Assembly: GCA_027923505.1 (NCBI GenBank) | Contig: BROI01000012.1 | Location: forward strand, 186,001-250,000 | Direction of reading: 5' to 3' | DNA from: Mayamaea pseudoterrestris | Taxonomy: Eukaryota | DNA length: 64,000 bases | Part shown: piece by piece, positions 33,427-42,627 of the stretch | How positions within the stretch are numbered: the stretch's first letter is position 1 | Layout: each line of letters starts with the position of its first letter | Made by a program: the position numbers and the translations under genes | The notes under the pieces: generated by a model | Told to the model about the DNA's origin: nothing | The model's database searches: none | What the model saw: only the letters and a program-made list of their open reading frames with translations

Positions 33427-34310
33427 TGGGCTAGTGATGAATGCATGCTCTTTCTACATCATGAAACAAGGCCTGTCAACTGCCAGCTATCAGTTTATAT
33501 TTCTCTGGCTGTTGGAGTGGGTTATACCAGCCAGCTACTGTGGACAAGCCTGGGGACACAAAAATCTGGCAGTCCCTGTTGCAGAACTTGGAGACTGCAT
33601 GGGCTAGTGATGAAAGCATTGCACTTTTGATATCATGCAACAAGGCCTGTCAACTGCCAGCTATCAATTTACACCTCTCTGGCTGCTGGAGTGGGTTATG
33701 GCAGCCAGGTACTGTGGACAAGCCTGGGGACACAAAATTCTGGCAGTCCCTGTCGCAGAACTTGGAGACTGCATGGGCTAGTGATGAATGCATTGTACTT
33801 TTAACATCATGCAATAATGCCTGTCAACTGCTAGCTATCACTTTACACCTCTCTGGCTGTTGGAGTGGGTCATGGCAGCCAGCTACTGCGGACAAGCCTG
33901 GGGACACAAAATTCTGGCAGTCCCTGTCGCAGAACTTGGAGACTGCATGGGCTAGTGATGAATGCATTGCACTTTTAACATCATGCAACAATGCCTGTCA
34001 ACTGCCAGCTATCAATGAAAATTTCTCTGGCTGTTGGAGTGGGTCATGGCAGCGAGCTCCTGGTGTGGACAAGCCTGGGGCCGCGAAATTCTGGCAGTCC
34101 TACTGGCAGAACTTGGAGACTGCATGGGCTAGTGATGAATGCATAGCACTTTTTACATCATGGACCAATGCCTGTCAACTGCCAGCTATCAATGTATACC
34201 TCTCTGGCCATTGGAGTGGGTCACGGCAGACAGCGACCGTGGACAAGCCTGGGGCCATGAAATTTAGGCAGTCCCCGTTGGCCTTGCATGGCAATGTGAC
34301 GGGCTAGTGA
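33427..34310. repeat. Tandem repeat, 174-bp unit, ~5 copies
   Basis: GGACAAGCCTGGGG at 33542, 33716, 33890, 34067 and 34241 (spacing 174, 174, 177, 174). Confidence 0.97.
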
Positions 34311-34572
34311 TCAACGCAATGAGCTCGCGCCTCAGCCAAGGCTACAACAACATCATAGGCACCGACACCCTCCGTTTCAATCACTTTTTATGAGTGCTAA
34401 CCAGCGAATGCTTTCGCTTGAAATTTACAGAACAAGTGCTAAGTGCTAACTAATGAATGATGAATGACTCCGCAAACAATTCCATTATACAAATTCTTCC
34501 CTCCATTGAATCATTTTCCCATAATGCTAAAGCATTTCCTTTTTCAGTTGGTTTTACTGTGACGCTGGGCCG

Positions 34573-34914
34573 CTACGCTTTGTCGTCGTTTGCTTCATTT
34601 GTTTCTGCCGTCGCATCTGCTGCTTGCGCTGTATCGTCTCGCTCATTGCTATTATGGTTGTTGTTGTTGTTGTTATTGTTGCTGCTACTGCAATCGTCTT
34701 CATCATCATCCCCGTTCTCCGTCACTGCCGCAGCTGTGTCATCGTCACGTATCAAGACTGGTTCAATGACTGCCTGAAAGTTGTCTCCAATCCTTGGAAG
34801 ACGTCGAGGACACGGACGAAGAAACTGTGGTTGCTCGTGCCTTGTCGGTTTTTTGCTAGGACTGCTGCTGGAGTTGCGATGTTGCTGATCTTCTTCGTCT
34901 TGCTGTCGCTTCAT
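34573..34914 (-). CDS. Small low-complexity protein with ELM2-like motif
   Basis: ATG at 34914 (MKRQQDEE..); PRIGDNFQAVI resembles the ELM2 core RVGxxYQAxI; poly-N/acidic tail. Confidence 0.6.
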   Translation of the reverse strand: MKRQQDEEDQQHRNSSSSPSKKPTRHEQPQFLRPCPRRLPRIGDNFQAVIEPVLIRDDDTAAAVTENGDDDEDDCSSSNNNNNNNNHNSNERDDTAQAADATAETNEANDDKA

Positions 34915-35205
34915 TGCTTTATTCGGTGCTTTCAAAGCTAGGGGGAGTAATGATATAGAAACAGCAAGAGATTGACGTGTTCCCTCGCAGGATTTTGATG
35001 GATCGATTTTGATGGATCGAACAAAAGTTATATGTCGCACCAGTTATGACAAAAAGTCTCAGCGGTAATGGAGCGCGGCGATGCACGTCAGCGGCGCGGC
35101 AGAACGACCAAGCCATCAACCAACCACCATCTCGGCAAGAACGAAGGACGCGCAGGTGCTTTCAACATAGCCTTGGAGAATAATATGTATAAAGATACAA
35201 CAATA

Positions 35206-37660
35206 ATGAGTCATGATAGAAAGATAATAGTTGAGATCAGCAGACTAAAGCGACATGGCAGCAGGAGAAATCGCGCGACAGGCGTTCCTCAACAGCCTCT
35301 CTTGCTCGCCTTTGTCTTGGCATCATGTATGCTTGCTTCATCGGTAAATGCATGGACCACCAAGAGCAGTCGCGCGATAATGCCATTAAGAAATATACCC
35401 TTGAAAGTGTCAAGGAGGCATCCATTGCTGCTTCACTCGACCTCATCGTCGGCATCATCCTCATCATCACCATCAACTACTACTTCTTCCAACAACAATC
35501 CTCAATCAAGTCCAAAATCTTCAAGTCCATTCATATACGACTCAAAATATATTCGCAATTTTTCCATTGTCGCTCATATCGATCACGGCAAGAGTACGCT
35601 GGCGGATCGATTGCTCGACACGACGGAAACCGTGGCCGTGCGTGACATGGAGGCGCAGCTACTGGACAATATGGACTTGGAGCGAGAGCGAGGAATTACC
35701 ATTAAGCTGCAAGCGGCGCGGGTACTGTATAAAGCAAAGGATGGACATGACTAGTGAGTAATTTTGATGCGAAATGTCGCTTTGTCGGGTCCAGGATCCA
35801 GTATGCAAACGTTTGCAACTATACAGAGACCTATCTCACATTGACGCTGCATCTTTCTGTTCCAGCATTCTAAACTTGATTGACACTCCAGGTCACGTTG
35901 ACTTTGGCTACGAGGTGAGTCGATCACTCGCCGCCTGCGAGGGCGCGCTGCTGGTAGTGGACGCTGCCCAAGGAATCGAGGCGCAAACATTGGCGAACGT
36001 TTACCTGGCGCTCGACAATAATCTGGAAATCATTCCAGTGCTCAACAAGATTGACTTGCCAGCGGCGGAGCCAGAGCGCGTCAAGCAGGAAATTGAGGAA
36101 ACGATTGGGCTGGACTGCTCGGATATTGTGCATGCTAGTGCCAAGGCTGGGATTGGTATCGTGGATATTTTGGAAGCCATTGTGCAAAAAATTCCGCCTC
36201 CGCCGCAGGCGACGGGTGGACCGTTTCGGGCACTAGTGTTTGATAGTTACTATGATGCGTATCGCGGAGTTGTGGTCTTGTTTCGCGTTGTTGATGGAGC
36301 CGTCAAGCGGGGCGACAAGGTGCGGTTTTTAAATTCACAGGCCGAGCATGAAGTGGTCGAAGTGGGAGTCATGACGCCCACCCAGTTTCCTGTCAATCAG
36401 CTACAGGCTGGCGAGGTTGGATACTTGTGGGGTAATATTAAGGTATGTCGTTGGTAGCCTGTTCGTTTCGGATGAAACCGTGTATCTTTGCTTTGTTGGT
36501 CGACTGACCTTGTGTCTGCTTGCTCTAATAGGACGTCATGGACGTTCCGATTGGTGACACCGTTACCAACGCCAACGAATTTAAGACGGCCCGAGCGAAG
36601 GGCTTGGATCCTCCGATTGAACCGCTGCCTGGATATTCAGAGAGCAAACCCATGGTATACTGTGGACTCTTCCCGACTGACGCTGACGAATACGAAACAC
36701 TTCGCGTGGCTCTTGGTAAGCTGCGACTCAACGACGCTGCCTTGTCGTTTGAGCCAGAAAACTCTGGCGCCATGGGCTTTGGCTTTCGATGTGGATTCTT
36801 GGGTTTGCTCCACATGGAAATTGTACAGGAGCGGCTGTCGAGGGAGTATGACCTTGACTTGATTGTGACGGCACCATCTGTGGTGTACAGAGTTGAACGG
36901 AAGAATGTTAAGGGACCAGACCTTATCATTGATGCGCCAGCTAAAATGCCTGATCTCGGCAGGGATGATATCGCGAAGGAACCATTTGTCAAGATGGAGA
37001 TTTTGACTCCTAGGTATGTCCGTATGGGTTTTGGTGCGTTTATTTGATCGTCAATCCCTCTGACTTGGATCGTACACGTATTTTTAACTATCTAGCGATT
37101 ATAATGGAGCAATCATTGAACTTGGTCAGGAACGTCGCGGAATTCTGATCGACATCAAGTACTTGACCCCACTTCGATCAACAATTATCTATGAATTACC
37201 GCTTGCGGAAGTGATTACTGATTTCTTCGATCAATTGAAATCTCGGACGAAGGGATACGCGTCGATGGATTATAGTATTATTGACTACAGGGAAAGTGAT
37301 CTAGTCCGCTTGGACGTCAAGATAAATTACGAGGATGCACCGCCACTCGCCACCATTGTACATCGCGACAGCGCTCAATCAGTTGGTCGCAAATTGTGCG
37401 CGGCATTAAAGGACAAGATTCCGCGGCAGATGTTCAAGATCCCCATCCAGGCTTGCGTTGGCGTAAAGGTCATTGCATCGGAACACATAAGTCCCATGCG
37501 AAAAGATGTGCTAGCAAAGTGTTATGGAGGTGACATATCTCGAAAGAAGAAGCTGTTACAGAAGCAAGCCAAGGGCAAAAAGCGAATGAAGCAGTTTGGT
37601 AAAGTCAATGTACCACAAGAGGCATTCATGGCCGTTTTGAAGCTTAATGATAACAATTAA
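35206..37660 (+). CDS. lepA: Plastid translation factor GUF1/LepA (EF4); introns 35754..35865, 36443..36531, 37014..37095
   Basis: [70 protein letters not shown]. All three GT-AG introns restore frame; hydrophobic signal ending VNA-W followed by an S-rich transit peptide; start codon uncertain. Confidence 0.95.
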
Positions 37661-37784
37661 GCGAAAAATAAGTTAACTAACCATGCAGTTGCTTGAGTGT
37701 TCTCGTCAATAGAAATTGAGAACTTTGTACGAATCGCGTCCCGGAATTAGAGCGCAAGTAGCGAATAAAGCAAAGCTCAAGCAA

Positions 37785-40700
37785 TCATCTCACGGATCTA
37801 CTAACAAGAAAGCCAGTCAAGCTCTGGGGCAAAAGCTCGTTCCTAGCCATCCAGAGCTTGACGAGCTCCTCGTGTATTCGCATGCAAACAAGTGCGACCG
37901 ACACGGGCAGCTCGGCCTCGTGCGCCGAGGCTGCTGCGGCAAGGTCATAGTGGCGCTGTGCGAGATGAAAATCTTGTTTCACGCCGTATCCGTGCTGATA
38001 CATGTACCCGAGATTGAAATTCGCACGAGGACTAGCCGAGCGGTCAGCTGCCAAACGGTAATAATGCACAGCCATCTCCATGTCTTTTTGTAACGTATTA
38101 TGCTGGCCCTCTTTCGTAAATAGGTGCTCTGCCATACAAGTTCCATCCTGTGAGCCAGCAAGACATACCTCCTCACTCTCATTCGTGCGCGCCTCGCTAT
38201 CCGTAGAACTTCTTAAACCACCCGTCCAATTTCGAATAGCCGTCCAAGCTTCCGAAACATGTTTCTCCGGGTATAAAATGTAGTGCATCCACGACGACGG
38301 CCCGACTAAACCTTCCGGTCGAAGACGACCGTAGTAATAGAAATCGCCAACGCGCAAACTTGCTTCGGCGTGACCTCTGGTTGCTGCTGCCTTCCAAAGT
38401 CGCACCGAGGCCTTGGCACAATCAACTCGATTCATTCCAAGACATTCGCCCTGCTCAAGTATGAACGCGGCATTCAACTGCGCAAGGTCAGATCCTGTTT
38501 CAGCAGCAACAAGGTAGTTGCGCAGACTCCCCGCCGCATCGCCAGCCGCGTATTGCTTGTAAGCACGGCGTAGGCGGTTCGATTTATGCGGCGATGCATG
38601 TTCAGTTATCCATCGAAAATGTTTAAGTGCCTTGTCGCAATCCCTTGGAACAGGATTAACGATTCCACCCTTGTGCAGCAGCTGTACGCCCTCCGCGTAC
38701 ATCATTCCTAGTCTATGCTTTGCTTGAACATGACCAAGTCCGGCTGCAGTCGTCAAGTCCGCAACAATGGATTGCATCTCTGCCTGAGTCAATCCATGCT
38801 TCCAGATATTCTTGTCCGTCATGACCGAGTCAAAATCGCCAGCGCTCGTTGATCCTAATTCATCCAGTTCCTCTAAAGCCTGATAATGCGTCTTCCATCC
38901 CAATTTAAGCATCGCCGCATTGTATGGCGCGTCCCTATTTCCTTGTTCCTTGGCGAGCTGGAAGTATCCCTGCGCCAAGTCTGAATTTTGTCCAACAATC
39001 ATGGGCAAGCCAAACACGAGCAACAAACCCATGACGTTCATGGCATTGGCATCGCAGAGCGAAAGATCGCCCAAATCCGCGTCCGCTGCTTGCTGCGACG
39101 CGCCGGCCTTGAGCTTGCGCTCCAGTCGTTTGCGACATCCATCCAAATCCCAAGGCATGCCAATTTGGACGAACCGGTGCGCCGCATAGGGATCTTGTCG
39201 CGATGAACCATTATTATCACTCGTCCCAATGCCCCAAAAGTGAAATTGCGCCGCTTGCCCCGCCGCTTCCCAATGTCCCTGCTTGGCCGCCTTCTCGTAG
39301 TAGTGCAGCGCCAAGGAAGCGTTTTGTTCCACACCACGTAGTCCATAGTGATGTAGATTCGCCAGCGTAAAGGCCGCGTGCGGCGATCCGTCGGCTCCAC
39401 TGGCGCGGACTTTATAGTACTGAATGGCCTGGGCCGACTCGTCGGCTTGGTTGTGATGCTCCAGTTTGCTGCCCGAGCCGCCGTGCAAGTGAATTTGATA
39501 CAGTAAATGCTTGTCGGATGGTGGCAATATTTTGGCGCGCGAGTTTGGGTCTGTTTCAAGCCGATCCATGATGAGGTTTGCTGCGGCGCGATAGTAGACA
39601 AGTCGATCCAAGCACTGCTTTGGCAGAATTTGCTGCGGTGATGTAACAGTCGTGTCAATGGTACTACTTGAAATGCTTCCATCCGCATGCATGACTTCGA
39701 GTCGATGCGCCATGGCCATGGCTGCTTCAACGTTGCCACTCATGGCAGCCATGCGATACAACAGGAGCGCCTTGGTTTGCTGCATATTGTCTTGCACCAG
39801 CGTGTCTTGGACTATCAATGGTGAGGGAAGCGAGTCGACGTTACTCTTGTCGGCATGCTGCACATCTTCAACCGACGGCTGCACCGTCGTTGGCCAAATG
39901 CCCGACATGAACGCATGCGCCAGAGTCGTTTGCGCATCGGCGTGACCAAGGCTGGCGGCTCGCTCCAGCGCCTTGACTCCAAACTCCAGGGCTGTTTCGT
40001 TGCCAATCATTAACTTGGCGTTGCGTGATCGACTATTTTTGGTTAACTGCTGCGACGACGCCGACGACGACGACGTATCGAGCAAGAATAGCGAGTCTTG
40101 CACGTTTGGATCCCAATCGGCCAAAATCGTTGACACCGCTTGCTTCCATAGCGCCTCTCGTTTGGTGTACAATTCGTTGTGTGTCATGGACGTGTAGGAC
40201 GCTTGCTGGCGATGCAAATGCAAGTCTTGAACGTTGAGCGGCCCGCTGACAAGTTCCGTCATGGATGGCTTGGACGACAAGCCAGTAACAATCTTTGATT
40301 TGCTCCTCCTTGCATCTATAGTAGAGCCTTGAGCAGTTTGCTGTTTCGACTTGAGTTGCTTTTGAATCTTGTGTTGCTCGGTCTGCGCTCGATCCGACTG
40401 CATCCATTTCAACGTGTACAGAGTCGCCTGCATGACCAATCCCAAACCCGCCAAGCAGCCAATCACCAGTAGCTTGCACCATGGCGTTGCGCGGCGTCCT
40501 GGCATATGAATCGCAGGTTGTTGTTGCTGCACTTGCTGCTGCTGCTGCTGCTGCTGCAGTTGTGGAACCGGAGCGCCATTTGCTGCATGACGGTTCCGAG
40601 GTAAATTCTCGCGCCTCAATGGAGCATTCTGCTCCTCTTCTTGCTTGTAGAGTCTCTCGAATTCGTTAGCTTCTGCATTTGCGCCTCCTTCAATCTGAGA

Positions 40701-40979
40701 TTGTTGATCAGTTTGATTGGCAATCTCATTCGATGCATCATGCTGCTGCGACTGATGTGGATTCGCTTGGTCGAGAGAGTGATTCGGTTCACTGCTTGGA
40801 ATCTCCTCGGCGCGGCTTGACAAATCATTCAAAGGCAAACTTTCTTCGCTGGTTCGCGTTTTGTCCGATTGCTGCTGCTGATTGTCATGGTACTGAAACC
40901 TTTGCTGCGTCAAATCAATATTAGTCAAAAGGCTTTCTTGGCGTTCGCCATCGTCGTCGTCATTCTTGTCCTCCTGCAT
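37785..40979 (-). CDS. SEL1-repeat protein, Hrd3/SEL1L-like ERAD component
   Basis: Multiple SEL1 repeats (AAFTLANLHHYGLRGVEQN, AQLNAAFILE, RVGDFYYYG, ANFNLGYMYQHGYGVKQDFHLAQRHYDLA). Confidence 0.85.
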   Translation of the reverse strand: MQEDKNDDDDGERQESLLTNIDLTQQRFQYHDNQQQQSDKTRTSEESLPLNDLSSRAEEIPSSEPNHSLDQANPHQSQQHDASNEIANQTDQQSQIEGGANAEANEFERLYKQEEEQNAPLRRENLPRNRHAANGAPVPQLQQQQQQQQVQQQQPAIHMPGRRATPWCKLLVIGCLAGLGLVMQATLYTLKWMQSDRAQTEQHKIQKQLKSKQQTAQGSTIDARRSKSKIVTGLSSKPSMTELVSGPLNVQDLHLHRQQASYTSMTHNELYTKREALWKQAVSTILADWDPNVQDSLFLLDTSSSSASSQQLTKNSRSRNAKLMIGNETALEFGVKALERAASLGHADAQTTLAHAFMSGIWPTTVQPSVEDVQHADKSNVDSLPSPLIVQDTLVQDNMQQTKALLLYRMAAMSGNVEAAMAMAHRLEVMHADGSISSSTIDTTVTSPQQILPKQCLDRLVYYRAAANLIMDRLETDPNSRAKILPPSDKHLLYQIHLHGGSGSKLEHHNQADESAQAIQYYKVRASGADGSPHAAFTLANLHHYGLRGVEQNASLALHYYEKAAKQGHWEAAGQAAQFHFWGIGTSDNNGSSRQDPYAAHRFVQIGMPWDLDGCRKRLERKLKAGASQQAADADLGDLSLCDANAMNVMGLLLVFGLPMIVGQNSDLAQGYFQLAKEQGNRDAPYNAAMLKLGWKTHYQALEELDELGSTSAGDFDSVMTDKNIWKHGLTQAEMQSIVADLTTAAGLGHVQAKHRLGMMYAEGVQLLHKGGIVNPVPRDCDKALKHFRWITEHASPHKSNRLRRAYKQYAAGDAAGSLRNYLVAAETGSDLAQLNAAFILEQGECLGMNRVDCAKASVRLWKAAATRGHAEASLRVGDFYYYGRLRPEGLVGPSSWMHYILYPEKHVSEAWTAIRNWTGGLRSSTDSEARTNESEEVCLAGSQDGTCMAEHLFTKEGQHNTLQKDMEMAVHYYRLAADRSASPRANFNLGYMYQHGYGVKQDFHLAQRHYDLAAAASAHEAELPVSVALVCMRIHEELVKLWMARNELLPQSLTGFLVSRSVR

Positions 40980-41312
40980 GACTGCAAAATACTGACTGAC
41001 TTTAAAAATGTCTCCTTTTGTAAATTGCGGGCTTGAATAATGGGAATGGTGTAAAGTGGGAGAAAGAACTCTCTCAGAGACGATTTGCCAAGTGGAGGTT
41101 GCGGCGGGCTCTTCGTCATGGTGAAACGCGTCCGTTCTTTCCTGTGTCGCATCGTGAATGACATGACGTCATTTTTTGGCGTTCGCTTACGCGCTGCGAC
41201 GGAACATCGCCTCCACAAGAACTCACTCGTCATTTTGCATTGCATGCCTTCGCCCTCTTTCATCAAGTCCAAAGACCACTTGTTACTACCCATTCCACCG
41301 CAATCAAGACAC

Positions 41313-42140
41313 ATGAATCACCCAGTACCTCTCAAGCCCGACGATCTATCGGCTCATTTGACATGCGCCATTTGCCTGAACGTTCCAACGGAACCAGTGC
41401 TGCCGTCGTGCCAGCACATGTTTTGCAGACACTGCCTGGACGAGAACCAAGCAGTTCGAGGACGCTACTGCCCCACCTGTCGAGCGCAGTATACGGCAAT
41501 TGCGCCATTGGAGAAGGGGTCCTTTGGTTACCGCATTTGGAGTGAAGTTGGAATGAAATGTGGAAACTTTGATCGCGGCTGCAAGTGGACTGGCAGCATT
41601 GTCGATGCTAAAAAGCACATGGAGAATGAATGCAAACATGGTGATGAAACAAGAAAACTGCTAGGGGAAATTGACCGGCTCAAGAGGGATTTAGTTGAAT
41701 CCAATGCAAAGATTGCGCGACTGGAGAGTGAAAAGACTTCGCTTAATTCTGCGTTTCAGCAAAGCAATGCGGCGTGGGTGTCTGCCAACCAAGAGGTCGA
41801 GAGACAGGCTGCAGTTTTGCGCGACCAGCATGATCAGAATGATATTCTTCCCAAGCTCTTTCATGGAGCCTACAACTTTAATCGCTTCACCGCTGGAGAT
41901 TTGTCGCAGCTCATTGCTCGCTTCTATTTGAGTAAACCTCCCCACATTGATTCAAACCGGATTTACAACTGCATTTCTGACTGCTACAAGTCATTGGAGC
42001 GGAACTACAATGACAATCCAGGGTACTTTCGAAGTGACATGCACATGCTGCTCGCGACGTGCGTCACCTGTACGTGGTTTTCGAACCAGCAACAGAATCG
42101 TTTCTCGCAGTGGATGACGGAGCAAGGATGGGGCAGCTAA
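41313..42140 (+). CDS. RING-HC E3 ligase with TRAF-type zinc finger and coiled coil
   Basis: CAIC..CQHMFCRHC..CPTC, followed by CGNFDRGCKWTG..HMENEC. Confidence 0.88.
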   Translation: MNHPVPLKPDDLSAHLTCAICLNVPTEPVLPSCQHMFCRHCLDENQAVRGRYCPTCRAQYTAIAPLEKGSFGYRIWSEVGMKCGNFDRGCKWTGSIVDAKKHMENECKHGDETRKLLGEIDRLKRDLVESNAKIARLESEKTSLNSAFQQSNAAWVSANQEVERQAAVLRDQHDQNDILPKLFHGAYNFNRFTAGDLSQLIARFYLSKPPHIDSNRIYNCISDCYKSLERNYNDNPGYFRSDMHMLLATCVTCTWFSNQQQNRFSQWMTEQGWGS

Positions 42141-42627
42141 CTTACGTACGTCTGATGAAGAGTCTAAGGTTAGTAAACCAATGAATTATAATATACATTG
42201 CTTTGACAAGGATTGATTAGCATGGCAAATACATATACATCAGCTACTTAGCAGCCGACACTGTCAAATTTGTTTTATTCATTGTTTGGGGCAGTGAATC
42301 ATTGATATGATTGTGGAGTCCTATTTGCTTGCCTTGCTTCAACGAGACATTCAGCAGTCACTTCACGACAAAATTCTACTATTGGAATGTCTGCGTAATG
42401 CCAAAGGTGCTGTTGTTTGTCGATGGAAAGTGTCCGCCTTGGGCATGACTATTGACAACTGTGAAGGTTGGATGAGGGCTATAACTTTTCTACAAATGCA
42501 AGAGCAACATACATTATTGATTGTCGAACGACTACTACAGTTGTCTAAAAAGTGTCATAAGTACATAGTATGAACTCGCGCTCTAATCGATACTGTATGC
42601 CGTAGCTTATGCCACGTAACGAAGCCT

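Larger units (their letters stand above)
21751..34380 (-). mobile_element. Helitron2/Helentron-like rolling-circle transposon plus associated tandem-repeat block (boundaries approximate; the repeat block may be a separate element)
   Basis: Rep-PIF1 ORF, hairpin at 21766-21788 downstream of it, upstream satellites, shared CpG depletion, and no host genes between 21352 and 34573. Confidence 0.7.

Noticed and set aside
28530..34310. CRISPR array
   Set aside because: Units are whole-length tandem copies with no unique spacers, there are no cas genes, and the context is eukaryotic.
21740..34396. Terminal inverted repeat CATAAAAGT / ACTTTTTATG at the island edges
   Set aside because: Short, AT-rich and needs gaps; not distinguishable from chance without other copies.
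42307..42573. 88-aa ORF between RING and DnaJ genes
   Set aside because: AT-rich convergent 3' region with no motif support.
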